From an uncultured Thermoleophilia bacterium (GTDB lineage Bacteria > Actinomycetota > Thermoleophilia > UBA2241), in NCBI GenBank assembly GCA_963705205.1, contig CAVPJG010000001.1:3871-67870 (forward strand): a DNA stretch of 64,000 nt, in the 5' to 3' direction. The notes below the pieces were generated by a model that saw only the letters and a program-made list of their open reading frames with translations, made no database searches and was not told where the DNA came from. The first letter of the stretch is position 1; the number at the start of each line of letters is the position of its first letter. Shown here in pieces: positions 40,238-49,881 of this stretch. A program made the position numbers and the translations under genes.

Positions 40238-41122
40238 CTAGCGGCCCAGAGCCGCGGCGAGCGCGGCGATGGCGGCGGGCGGCGTGCCGCAGCACCCGCC
40301 GACGATGCCCGCGCCCAGGGCCGGGTACGTGGCGACGACGGAGGCGAAGTGCTCGGGGGTCTCCGCGTACACGGTCTCCCCGCCCTCCAGCCGCGGCTGG
40401 CCGGCGTTGGGCTGCGCGTACGTCACCCCGCCGCCCAGAACCGCCATGATCGGGACCAGTTCGGCCATCGGCTCGGCGGTGATCTCGCAGTTGCAGCCGA
40501 CCAGGTCGGCGCCCGCGTCCTTGAGCGCGCGCACGGCGGCCTCGGGGCTCACACCCATCATCGTGCGGAAGCCCTTGGCCGCGGGCTTGAAGGTCATGCT
40601 GGCGAGCACCGGCCGGCCGGCCGCGGCGGCGACCGCCGCCTCGACCGCGACGGTGGCCTCGGTGAGGTCGAACATGGTCTCGATGTTGAGGAGGTCGACC
40701 CCGCCGGCGATCAGGGCGCGCGCCTGCTCGGCAAACGTCGCGCGCAGCGCATCCGGCTCCGCGCTGCCCATGGGCTTGACCATCTGCCCGCACGGCCCGA
40801 TGTCGCCGGCCACCCAGCGGCCGGGGAACTCGCGATCGCGGACCCCCACGGCGAGGCGGGCGCCGGCCTCGTTGAGCTCCACGGCGCGCGCCGACAGTCC
40901 ATGCGCCTCGAGGCGCATGGCCGTGCCGCCGAAGGTGTTGGTGTTCACGACGTCCGCGCCGGCGGCGAAGAAGCTGCGGTGGATGTCCTCCACCTCGGCC
41001 GGGTGCGAGACGTTCCACTCCTCCGGGCACTCGCCGGCGGCGAACCCGCGCTCCATGAGCGCGCGGCCCAGCCCGCCGTCCAGCAGCAGCGGGCGTGCGG
41101 CGATGAGGGCGAAGAGGTCCAC
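40238..41122 (-). CDS. Homocysteine S-methyltransferase family protein (stand-alone Hcy-binding domain)
   Basis: LLDGGLG, AGADVVNTNTFG, AGDIGP, IETMFD, GCNC, QPNAG.P, VGGCCGT (Zn ligands). Confidence 0.92.
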   Translation of the reverse strand: MDLFALIAARPLLLDGGLGRALMERGFAAGECPEEWNVSHPAEVEDIHRSFFAAGADVVNTNTFGGTAMRLEAHGLSARAVELNEAGARLAVGVRDREFPGRWVAGDIGPCGQMVKPMGSAEPDALRATFAEQARALIAGGVDLLNIETMFDLTEATVAVEAAVAAAAGRPVLASMTFKPAAKGFRTMMGVSPEAAVRALKDAGADLVGCNCEITAEPMAELVPIMAVLGGGVTYAQPNAGQPRLEGGETVYAETPEHFASVVATYPALGAGIVGGCCGTPPAAIAALAAALGR

Positions 41123-41149
41123 GGCCCTGAGTCTAGCAGACGAGGCTCG

Positions 41150-42013
41150 TCATCCCCCGCGGGCCGCCACCTCCCGGGCGACCCGGTCCGCCTCGCGGCG
41201 GGCCATGCCAAGACACACGTGGAGCGCCGCGGCCGTGTCACGCCGCGAGAGGCCGCGCGCCAGCAGCGCCGCGGCGGCCGCTTCCGCCCCGGGCCGCCGG
41301 GCGGCGCCTTCGTCGATGGGCCGCCCGAGGTCGATCACCAGGGTGATCTCCCCGCGGACCGCGGCCGCCGGACCGACGTCGGGGCCCGGCACCGGATAGC
41401 GCTCGCTGAGCTCGAGCAGCGTGCCGCGCACGACCTCCTCATGCGCCTTGGTGAGCTCGCGGCAGACGGCGGCGCGGGCGTCGGGCAGGTGCGCCGCAAG
41501 GCAGGCGAGGCTGCGCGCCAGCCGCTGGCCCGTGTCGAAGGCGACGACCAGGCCGCCCGTGCGCTGCCATGCCTTCAGCGCCGCCTCGAGCTCCCGCGCG
41601 CGCCGCGGCAGGTAGCCGAGGAAGCGGAAGCCGTCCCCGCCGAGCCCGGCCGCCACGAGCGCCGTGAGGACGGCCGAGGGGCCGGGCAGGACGGTCATCT
41701 CGAGTCCCTCACTCACGACCTTCTGCACCAGCAGCATGCCGGGATCCTGCACCCCGGGCATCCCGGCGTCGGTCACCAGCGCCACCGTCTCCCCGGCGCG
41801 CAGGCGTCGCAGGATCTCGTCGGTCTTCTGCAGCTCGTTGTGCTGGAAGAAGCTCGTCAGCGGCGTGTGGATGTCGAAGTGGCTGAGCAGCTTGCGCGTG
41901 CGGCGCGTGTCCTCCGCGGCCACCAGCTGGGCCTCGTTCAGCTTCTCGAGGACCCGAGGCGAAACGTCCCCGAGGTTGCCGATGGGCGTTGCACAGACGT
42001 ACAGCACGGTCAC
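41150..42013 (-). CDS. rsmI: 16S rRNA C1402 2'-O-methyltransferase
   Basis: LYVCATPIGNLGD, AAEDTRRT, TDAGMPGVQDPG, RELTKAHEE. Confidence 0.96.
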   Translation of the reverse strand: MTVLYVCATPIGNLGDVSPRVLEKLNEAQLVAAEDTRRTRKLLSHFDIHTPLTSFFQHNELQKTDEILRRLRAGETVALVTDAGMPGVQDPGMLLVQKVVSEGLEMTVLPGPSAVLTALVAAGLGGDGFRFLGYLPRRARELEAALKAWQRTGGLVVAFDTGQRLARSLACLAAHLPDARAAVCRELTKAHEEVVRGTLLELSERYPVPGPDVGPAAAVRGEITLVIDLGRPIDEGAARRPGAEAAAAALLARGLSRRDTAAALHVCLGMARREADRVAREVAARGG

Positions 42014-42528
42014 CCCTCCTTCAGAGAACGCTCGATGAACAGGACGTCGACGTCCCGGCCGCGGACGCGGGCGTGCCCGCGGGCGGCGCCGGCCACGGAG
42101 AACCCGAGGGCGAGGTGGTACGCCAGCGAGTCGAGGTTGTCGGCACGCAGGTCGGTGAAGATCTTGTCGTAGCCGAGGGCGAGCGCGGCGGCGAAGCTGC
42201 TCCGCGCGAGCGCCGCCCCCACCCCCCGGCGCCGGTGCGCAGCGTCCACGTACGTGCCCATGGTCGCCACGTGGTCGAACGCGGTGGTGACGAAGGTGTT
42301 CCAGGGGATCACCGTCTGAAAGCCGACGATGTCGCCGGCGGGCGTCTCGGCGACGTGCACAAAGGAGCGTGCCGGCAGGCTCTCGATGTAGGCGCGCTCC
42401 TCCTCGACCGAGAACGTGGTGTCGAGCAGGGTCGGACTGCCGCCGCGGATCACGCCGTTCAGCACGGCGGCGACGCCGGCGGCGTCGGCCGGCCCGGCCT
42501 TGCGGACGCGGACGGCCGTGGCGCTCAC
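42010..42528 (-). CDS. GNAT family N-acetyltransferase
   Basis: YVDAAHRRRGVG motif A, N..SLAYHLALGF; GTGA overlaps on both sides. Confidence 0.87.
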   Translation of the reverse strand: MSATAVRVRKAGPADAAGVAAVLNGVIRGGSPTLLDTTFSVEEERAYIESLPARSFVHVAETPAGDIVGFQTVIPWNTFVTTAFDHVATMGTYVDAAHRRRGVGAALARSSFAAALALGYDKIFTDLRADNLDSLAYHLALGFSVAGAARGHARVRGRDVDVLFIERSLKEG

Positions 42529-43268
42529 GCCGGCGGCTTTCGTACCACGACCATGACCTCCATCTCGTCGAGCTCCACCGGCCGGCGGCCCCAGTCGCCC
42601 GCGGTGCCGCCCCACACGTGTTCCACGGTGAAGCCGGCCGACCGGCACAGCAGGACCAACTCGCTCGGCACGTAGCCGCGCTCGCGGATCGGCAGGCTGC
42701 GTGGCCCGTCCTCGGCCTGCCACTCCATCGCGTAGGCCTGCGTGAGCGTCGCAGGGTCGAACTCGCCGCGCGCGACCTGCTCGGGCGTCGCGTCGCGGAT
42801 CATGCGCAGGCCGTTGAGGACCGTGAGCACGAACGGCGCGCCCGGCCGCAGGGCGGCGAAGGCGCGCGCCAGCACGGCGGCGTCGTGGTCGAAGGGGTCG
42901 TCGCTGCCGAGCAGTCCGAAGGACCCCTCGCAGAGACACGCCGCCGCGTCGAACGCACGCCCGAGGTCGAACGTGGTGGCGTCGCCCTCCACGAGCTCGA
43001 GATCGACGCCGGCCTCGTCCGCGGCCTTGCGCGCCTCGCGCAGCATACCGGACGAGATATCCAGACCGGTCACGACGAGGCCGGCACGCGCCAGCTCCAC
43101 CGCGTGCCGGCCCGTCCCGCAGCCGATGTCGAGCACGGACGCCCCCGGCTCGAGCCCGAGCACGTCCACGAGGAACGCCGCCTCGCGCACGCTGTCTGCG
43201 GTGAACACCTCGTTCATGTACTGCGGCGCGTAGCTGTCGAAGAACTCGCGCCAGACGTCGTCGGTCAT
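42525..43268 (-). CDS. Class I SAM-dependent methyltransferase
   Basis: VLDIGCGTGRH, GLDIS, FDAA, LRPGA. Confidence 0.9.
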   Translation of the reverse strand: MTDDVWREFFDSYAPQYMNEVFTADSVREAAFLVDVLGLEPGASVLDIGCGTGRHAVELARAGLVVTGLDISSGMLREARKAADEAGVDLELVEGDATTFDLGRAFDAAACLCEGSFGLLGSDDPFDHDAAVLARAFAALRPGAPFVLTVLNGLRMIRDATPEQVARGEFDPATLTQAYAMEWQAEDGPRSLPIRERGYVPSELVLLCRSAGFTVEHVWGGTAGDWGRRPVELDEMEVMVVVRKPPA

Positions 43269-43364
43269 GGTCCCTCCGTCGTCGACCCTTCCCATTCTCT
43301 CAGGAGTGGGGCCCCGGGGCGAGGACCATCCGGCCGCCGGCGCCGGCGCGGTATGCTAGCCGCC

Positions 43365-43805
43365 ATGGACGAGCCGCAGCTACGCATCCGCCCCGGCCGC
43401 GCCGCCGACGCCGACGCCATGGCGGCCCTGTGCACGGAGCTGGGCTACCCATCGTCCGGGGCGCAGGTCCGCCAGCGGCTAGGGCGCCTCGAGGACGTCG
43501 AGTATGGCCTCTTCGTCGCCGAGGGCGCGGGAGGCGAGCTCGCCGGCGTCATCGCCGTCCACACCCGCCTGCTCCTCGAGGACGACCCGTTCGCCGAGCT
43601 CACCGTGCTCGTCGTCACCCAGGACGCGCGCGGCGCGGGCACCGGTTCGGCGCTCGTAGCGGAGGCCGCGCGCTGGGCCCGCACCCGCGGCCTGGCGCGC
43701 GTCTGGGTGCGGGTGAACGTCGTGCGCGAGGCCACGCACCGGTTCTACGAGAACCTGGGCTTCCACCTGCACAAGCAGCAGCGCATCTACGAGCTCACAC
43801 TGTGA
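43365..43805 (+). CDS. GNAT family N-acetyltransferase (PhnO-like)
   Basis: ELGYP, LVVTQDARGAGTG, HRFYENLGF; ATG 7 nt after TATGCT. Confidence 0.87.
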   Translation: MDEPQLRIRPGRAADADAMAALCTELGYPSSGAQVRQRLGRLEDVEYGLFVAEGAGGELAGVIAVHTRLLLEDDPFAELTVLVVTQDARGAGTGSALVAEAARWARTRGLARVWVRVNVVREATHRFYENLGFHLHKQQRIYELTL

Positions 43806-44689
43806 AGCGCATCGTCCTGGGCGACTGCCTCCGCGTCCTTCGCGAGTTGGACGAAGGGTGCGCCCGGCTTGTCTACTTGGACCCGCCCTTCAACACCGGC
43901 AAGGTGCAGAAGCGCACGCGCCTGCGCACGGTGCGTGACGCCGGCGGCGACCGCACCGGGTTCAAGGGCGAGCGGTACCGCACCGAGGTGCTCGGCAGCT
44001 CGGCCTGGCGCGACGCCTACGACGACTACCTCGGGTTCCTCGCGCCGCGCCTCGCCGAGGCGCGGCGCGTCCTCGCACCCGACGGGTCGCTCTTCTTGCA
44101 CATCGACCCGCGCGAGGCGCACTACTGCAAGGTCCTGCTCGACGAGCTGTTCGGCCGAGCGTCCTTCATCAACGAGATCGTGTGGGCCTACGACTACGGC
44201 GCGCGCTCGCGCAGCCGCTGGCCGGCCAAGCACGACGTCATCTTCTGGTACGCGCGCGACCCGGCCCGGTACGTGTTCCGGTACGACGACATCGACCGGG
44301 TGCCGTACCTGGCGCCCGGCCTCGTGGGCCCGGAGAAGGCCGCTCGCGGCAAGACGCCCACGGACGTGTGGTGGCAGACCATCGTCAGCCCCACGGGAGC
44401 GGAGAAGACCGGCTACCCCACGCAGAAGCCGGTCAAGATCCTCGAGCGCATCGTGCGCGTACACTCCGACCCGGGCGACCTCGTCGTGGACCCGTTCGCC
44501 GGCAGCGGCACGACCGGAGAGGCGGCGGCGCGGCTCGGGCGCAGCTACCTGCTGGTGGACGAGAACCCGGAGGCGGTCCGCGTGATGCGCGAGCGCCTCG
44601 CGTGGGACGCGCCCGAGGCCGTCGTGGGTACCGGGCCCGCCGGCGGCTCCGCCTCGCCGCCTACGCTGCCGGTCGAGCCCGCCCCCTGA
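43802..44689 (+). CDS. Site-specific DNA methyltransferase (N6A/N4C, beta class), orphan
   Basis: GDCL, YLDPPFNTG (motif IV) before YPTQKP and DPFAGSGTT (motif I). Confidence 0.92.
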   Translation: MKRIVLGDCLRVLRELDEGCARLVYLDPPFNTGKVQKRTRLRTVRDAGGDRTGFKGERYRTEVLGSSAWRDAYDDYLGFLAPRLAEARRVLAPDGSLFLHIDPREAHYCKVLLDELFGRASFINEIVWAYDYGARSRSRWPAKHDVIFWYARDPARYVFRYDDIDRVPYLAPGLVGPEKAARGKTPTDVWWQTIVSPTGAEKTGYPTQKPVKILERIVRVHSDPGDLVVDPFAGSGTTGEAAARLGRSYLLVDENPEAVRVMRERLAWDAPEAVVGTGPAGGSASPPTLPVEPAP

Positions 44690-44696
44690 GATGCGA

Positions 44697-44726
44697 CGGG
44701 GCCGGCTCCTCGCGGAGCCGGCCCCG
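44697..44726. terminator. GC-rich hairpin between convergent genes
   Basis: 13-bp stem CGGGGCCGGCTCC/GGAGCCGGCCCCG; loop is GCGA (GNRA) on the minus strand; no clear U tract. Confidence 0.7.
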
Positions 44727-44752
44727 GTGACGTCACAAGCGTCTGAGGAGGA

Positions 44753-44932
<180 letters not shown>

Positions 44933-45033
44933 TCACCTCCTGTAGGCGCGCCGCGAACACGGTACGCGCGGGATTCCAGGGTCCATTTACGGGCATGACG
45001 GAGGCGAAGTCAAGAACGGCTCCGGCCCCCGCG

Positions 45034-46050
45034 TCAGCCCGCGGCGTCGCCCGGGAACAGCTCCGTGAGCGCCAGGGCCACGGCGCCGATGAATCCGGCG
45101 TCCGGTCCCAGCGCCGCCGGGACGACGCGCACGCGGTCGCGCGCCGGCGGCAGGGCCCGCGCGGCGAGGACGCGGCGGGCGGGAGCGAGGAGCAGTTCGC
45201 CCGCCGCCGCGGCGCCGCCCCCGATGACGATGAGCTCGGGGTCGAAGATGTTGGAGAGCGTGACCAGCCCGGCGCCGAGGTACTCGCCGGCGCGCTCCAG
45301 CACGGCGATCGCGCCGGCGTCGCCTTCGCGCGCCAGGTGCGTCAGGAGACGGCTGTCGACGATGTGGCCCTCGGCGAGGGCCCTGCCGAGCGCCGACTCG
45401 GGCTCGAGACCGGCGGCCACCCGGGCGGCCGCGCCCAGAGCGGGTCCGGCCACGTACGCCTCGAGGCAGCCGTGGCTGGGGCAGTTGGCCGGACACTCCG
45501 GGCCGTCGACGTCGATGATCATGTGGCCGATCTCGGCGGCCGCTCCGCTGGCGCCGCGCAGGGGGCGGCCGCCAGTGATGATGCCGCCGCCCACGCCGGT
45601 GCCGAGCGTGAGCATGAGCATGTCGCTCGTACCGACGCCGGCGCCGTACGCGTGCTCGCCGATGCCGGCGGCGGTGGCGTCGTTGTCCACCACGACCGGC
45701 ACGCCGAAACGCCGCTCGAGGTGGTCGCGCAACGGGACGTCGGCGAGCGGCAGGTTGACCGACTCGACGACGCGCCCGGCGGCGAAGTCGACCATGGAGG
45801 CGACGCCCACCCCGATGCCCTCCACCCGACCGGAGCCGTGCTCCAGGTCCGCGAGGCAGGCGTCGATGCCGCGCAGGCAGGCCTCGGCCGAGCTCACGTC
45901 GGTGAGCGTGGTGAACCGGTCGAGGATCTCCGGCGTCTCCACCCCGGAGCGCGAGCGCGCTCCGGGCGCGGGGGCCCGCCCTCGCACGAGCGCGGCGGCC
46001 ACTTTGGTGCCGCCGATGTCCACGCCGACGACGATGCGCTCGGGAGCCAT
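45034..46050 (-). CDS. ROK family sugar kinase (glucokinase-like)
   Basis: GVDIGGTK, VDNDAT, LTLGTGVGGG, AEIGH, CPSHGCLE, IGGG. Confidence 0.93.
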   Translation of the reverse strand: MAPERIVVGVDIGGTKVAAALVRGRAPAPGARSRSGVETPEILDRFTTLTDVSSAEACLRGIDACLADLEHGSGRVEGIGVGVASMVDFAAGRVVESVNLPLADVPLRDHLERRFGVPVVVDNDATAAGIGEHAYGAGVGTSDMLMLTLGTGVGGGIITGGRPLRGASGAAAEIGHMIIDVDGPECPANCPSHGCLEAYVAGPALGAAARVAAGLEPESALGRALAEGHIVDSRLLTHLAREGDAGAIAVLERAGEYLGAGLVTLSNIFDPELIVIGGGAAAAGELLLAPARRVLAARALPPARDRVRVVPAALGPDAGFIGAVALALTELFPGDAAG

Positions 46051-46199
46051 GACGTCCCCGAGCTTACCATGGTGTAGACTCGGGACTAGAGGAAACGCCC
46101 GCTCACGGGCGTAGTCTGCAACGGCACCCGGCTTCCCCGCCCCCCGAGACCATGCGCTTCGATGTCGCCTGCGTCCACGGGCCGGAGGCGCGCCACCAC

Positions 46200-47378
46200 A
46201 TGGCGAGACAGGACGAGGACAGAGAAGGGGCGAAGCCCTACAGGACGTACAAGGCCGGCCGCGGCAGGCGCAGCCAGCTCGACGACGAACTCGCGGGAGC
46301 GCGGCCGGCGCGTGCGCGCCCTCCCGTCCCCGACGACGCAGACGGCGGCGGCGCGTACCCTCGCCAGTCAGACAAGGCGTACCACACCTACGGGCCCGCA
46401 CCGGCCGACGGACGCGCGGCCGGCACGAAGAGGGGCGGAGGCGGTCCCCGCCGCCGGCGCCGCTTCCGCTGGTGGTACGTCCCCGTCGGCGTCTTCGCCC
46501 TGCTGGTCATCTCCGGTGTCGTCGTTACCGTCCTCGCGTGGCCCGGGTACCAGAGGTTCGACCGGGCCGTCGACAAGGCCAACAAGCGTGTCGACAAGCA
46601 GACTCGCGCCCAGCTCGCCGCGGACGGCGGCTGGATCTGGCGCAACGGCACCACGGTGGCGCTGTTCGGCCTGGACGAGGCAGGCCTGCCGGCGCATTCG
46701 GACACCATCCTGCTGATGCACTTCGACGCGAAGTCGCACACGATCAACCAGCTCTCGATCCCGCGCGACACACTGGTCGACGTCGAAGGGTACGGCCAGC
46801 AGAAGATCACGCAGGCGATGTGGTTCGGCGGGCCGTCGCTCGCGCTCAAGACGCTCAAGGACTACACGGGCGTCCCCATCAACCACGTCATGGTCGTGAG
46901 CTTCCAGGGCTTCCCTCGGCTCGTGAACTCAGTCGGCGGCATCGACATGTACGTGCCGCAGACCGTCACGACCGAGGCGGGCTCGAACCGTCGCCTGGTC
47001 ACCTTCGAGAAGGGCATGCACCACTTCGACGGCAAGAACGCGATGCTGTACGTGCGCATCCGCAAGGCATACGCCGAGGGTGACTTCACGCGCGCCAAGC
47101 GCCAGCAGGCGTTCGTCGACGCGCTCCAGAAGAAGATCGTCAAGACATCCAACATCACCAGGCTGCCCGAGATCGGCACGCACTTCATGAGCGGCGTGGC
47201 CACCGACCTCACCACCAACCAGATCCTGGAGCTCGCCTACCTGAAGTGGCGCGCCGGCGGCGGCAAGAAGCAGGTGCTGAAGGGCGAGTTCGGCTGGAGC
47301 GACGACGGTCAGGCAGTGGTGCTGCCGCCGAGCGACGCCGCCAAGCAGAAGGCCATCGACCGGTTCCTCGGGGAGTGA
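46200..47378 (+). CDS. LytR-CpsA-Psr (LCP) family cell-wall protein
   Basis: TM anchor; HSDTILL, LSIPRDT, LVNSVGGI, YVRIRK, DFTRAKRQQ. Confidence 0.92.
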   Translation: MARQDEDREGAKPYRTYKAGRGRRSQLDDELAGARPARARPPVPDDADGGGAYPRQSDKAYHTYGPAPADGRAAGTKRGGGGPRRRRRFRWWYVPVGVFALLVISGVVVTVLAWPGYQRFDRAVDKANKRVDKQTRAQLAADGGWIWRNGTTVALFGLDEAGLPAHSDTILLMHFDAKSHTINQLSIPRDTLVDVEGYGQQKITQAMWFGGPSLALKTLKDYTGVPINHVMVVSFQGFPRLVNSVGGIDMYVPQTVTTEAGSNRRLVTFEKGMHHFDGKNAMLYVRIRKAYAEGDFTRAKRQQAFVDALQKKIVKTSNITRLPEIGTHFMSGVATDLTTNQILELAYLKWRAGGGKKQVLKGEFGWSDDGQAVVLPPSDAAKQKAIDRFLGE

Positions 47379-47430
47379 CGCCGCCGCGGCCCTCCCCGGC
47401 CGCGCCGGCTGCGGACGCACGTCGCCCGGC

Positions 47431-48237
47431 TCAGCCCCCGTCGCCCACGTAGCGCACCGCGACCAGCGCGAGTCCGCGGGCGGGCGCGGTCTGACCCATG
47501 CGGTGGCGCTCGCCGGAGGCCAGCGCCGCCGCGAACTTCTCCAGGCTCATGCGTCCCTGGGCAACGTCGACCATGGAGCCGACGGCCACGCGGACCATGG
47601 TGTGGAGAAAGCTGCCGGCGCTGATCTCGAAGTGCCAGCGCCGGCCGTCGCCGTCGGGCGTCGGCCCGTCGTCGGTCCACGCCGCGGCCGTCACCTCGCG
47701 CACGCAGTGGTGGTAGAGGTGCGCGGAGGGCGTGAGCGCGGCGAAGTCGCGGCGGCCCAGAAGCAGGTCCGCCGCCGCCCGCAGTGCCGTCCCGTCCACG
47801 CCGCCGCGCAGCACCCATACGTAGGCGCGCTCGCGCACGGGCTTCACCGCCGTGGCCCAGAGGTCGTACCGGTAGCTGCGGGAGGCCGCCTCGCGGGCCA
47901 CGAAGCCGGACGCGGCCGGCGCCGCCTTGAGAACGGCGACGTCCGGCGGCAGGAGCGCGTTGAGGGAGAGGCGCAGGCGCTCGGGCAAGAGGTCCCGGCG
48001 GGCACAGGAGAACGACGCCACCTGCGCCCAGGCGTGCACGCCCGCGTCCGTGCGCCCGGCCACGCTGAGACGGACGCGCTCGCGCAACACCGTCTCGAGC
48101 GCTTCCCCCAGCACGCCCTCGACCGTCGTGTGCCCCGGCTGCCTGGCCCAGCCGCGATACCTCGTGCCCTCGTAGGCGAGGTCCAGGCGCCAGGTCGTCC
48201 CGCCGGAGGTCTCGTGACTGCCGTCCACGCCCGGCAT
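47431..48237 (-). CDS. truA: tRNA pseudouridine(38-40) synthase
   Basis: AYEGT.YRGW..QP, AGRTDAGVHA, SFLHTMVR, TAPARGL. Confidence 0.96.
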   Translation of the reverse strand: MPGVDGSHETSGGTTWRLDLAYEGTRYRGWARQPGHTTVEGVLGEALETVLRERVRLSVAGRTDAGVHAWAQVASFSCARRDLLPERLRLSLNALLPPDVAVLKAAPAASGFVAREAASRSYRYDLWATAVKPVRERAYVWVLRGGVDGTALRAAADLLLGRRDFAALTPSAHLYHHCVREVTAAAWTDDGPTPDGDGRRWHFEISAGSFLHTMVRVAVGSMVDVAQGRMSLEKFAAALASGERHRMGQTAPARGLALVAVRYVGDGG

Positions 48238-48238
48238 C

Positions 48239-49021
48239 CTACACGAGCAGCCCGAGCGCTATGACGGCGGCGGTGACGGCCAGGAGCACGACGTCGCCGG
48301 CTCCCGCCTTGAGCGGCCGGAGCCGTGTGCGCACGATACCGGGGCGGTAACAACGCGCCTCCATGGCGAGCGCCAGCTCGTCGGCGCGCCGGAAGCTCAG
48401 CACGAACAGCGGCGTGAGCACCGGGACCAGCGCTCTCGCCCGCCGGATTGGACCGCCGCTCCCGAAGTCAGCCCCTCGCGCGCGCTGGGCGCGCATGATC
48501 TGCTCCAGTTCCACCAGCAGTGTCGGGATGAAGCGCAGCGCGATGGTCACCATGAGGGCGAGCTCGTCGGTCGGCACGCGCAGCCGGCGGAGCGGGCGCC
48601 CCAGCCACGCGAGCCCATCGGTCAGCGCCAGGGGAGCCGTCGTCAGCGTGAGCACCGACCCGATGAGCACCAGCACGACGAGCCGCAGGCTGAGGAAGGC
48701 GGCGAACTCGAGTCCCGCCCAGGAGAAGTCGAAGACCCAGAAGCTGAAGAACGGCTCGCCGGGAGCGAACAGCACCTGGGCAAGGAACGTGAGCGCGATC
48801 AGCCAGAGGAGTGGCCGGAACGCGCGCCAGAACCAGACCGCGGGCACCCCGCTCAGCAGGTACGCGATCACGCCGGCCGCGGCGAACACAGCCAGGCCGG
48901 CGAACGAGTCGCGCACGAACAGCGCGACCGCGAGCGCCGTCACGGACACGAACTTGGCGCGCGCGTCGAGCCGGTGGATCACGGAATCGCCGGGATAGTA
49001 CTGCGCGATCGCCGGCCTCAT
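48239..49021 (-). CDS. ecfT: ECF transporter transmembrane component
   Basis: QYYPGDS.IHRLDAR.K, IALRFIPTL, AQRARG, AMEARCY. Confidence 0.94.
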   Translation of the reverse strand: MRPAIAQYYPGDSVIHRLDARAKFVSVTALAVALFVRDSFAGLAVFAAAGVIAYLLSGVPAVWFWRAFRPLLWLIALTFLAQVLFAPGEPFFSFWVFDFSWAGLEFAAFLSLRLVVLVLIGSVLTLTTAPLALTDGLAWLGRPLRRLRVPTDELALMVTIALRFIPTLLVELEQIMRAQRARGADFGSGGPIRRARALVPVLTPLFVLSFRRADELALAMEARCYRPGIVRTRLRPLKAGAGDVVLLAVTAAVIALGLLV

Positions 49022-49881
49022 CGCAGCGCCTCCGCGGCATCGGCGACGGTGCGCGGCGCTCCGGCCGGGTCGCGGCCGAGGCGGCGCCAGAGCCGCACGA
49101 GGAAGGGCTCGTGCAGCCGGCTGGCCGCGAGCAGCTCCCGGCCGCTCTCGCCGAAGTCCCACGGGCCGGACGCCGCGACACGTCCGGAGTCGAGTACCAG
49201 CAGCTCGTCGCAGAGCGCCCAGGCGAGGTCGACGTCGTGGGTGGCCAGCACCATTGTCACGCCGTCCCGGCGCAGGCGCCGCAGGATGCTCGCGAGCTCG
49301 CGGCGCGTCGCCGGGTCAAGGCTCACGAACGGCTCGTCGAGCAAGAGGAGGCGCGGTCGCATGGCGAGCACGCCGGCGAGCGCCAGGCGGCGCTGCTCGC
49401 CGCCGGAGAGGGCGTAGGGATGCCGCCCGCCGAACTCGGCCGGCGGCAGCCCGACCAGCTCCATCGCCTCGTCGACGGCGGCAGCGACCTCCGCCTCGGG
49501 CCAGCCGAGGCAGCGCGGGCCGAACGCCACGTCCTCCCGCGCCGACACCGCGAACAGCTGCAGCTCCGGCGTCTGGAACACGAGGCCGACCTCGCGCTGG
49601 AGACCCGTATAGCCGGGCGCCCCGGTGGCCGCGCCGTCCAGCAGCACGGCGCCCGCTTCCGGCGCGTCGAGGCCCTTGACCACCTGCAGGAGCGTGGACT
49701 TGCCCGAGCCGGACGCGCCGAGGAGCGCCAAGGACCGGCCGGCGGCGAGCTCGAAGCCGACGCCGCGCAGGGCGGCGATCGGCGCGCGCGCCTCCTCGTA
49801 GCTGAAGGCGACGTCGCGGCAGGTGAGCGACATGCCGCGCGCCGCGCTCGTCACATCCACTGCGGGTGGGGCGTCGCTCAC
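49018..49881 (-). CDS. ecfA2: ECF transporter ATPase A2
   Basis: GASGSGKST, VFQTPELQLF, LSGGEQRR, LLDEP. Confidence 0.92.
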   Translation of the reverse strand: MSDAPPAVDVTSAARGMSLTCRDVAFSYEEARAPIAALRGVGFELAAGRSLALLGASGSGKSTLLQVVKGLDAPEAGAVLLDGAATGAPGYTGLQREVGLVFQTPELQLFAVSAREDVAFGPRCLGWPEAEVAAAVDEAMELVGLPPAEFGGRHPYALSGGEQRRLALAGVLAMRPRLLLLDEPFVSLDPATRRELASILRRLRRDGVTMVLATHDVDLAWALCDELLVLDSGRVAASGPWDFGESGRELLAASRLHEPFLVRLWRRLGRDPAGAPRTVADAAEALR

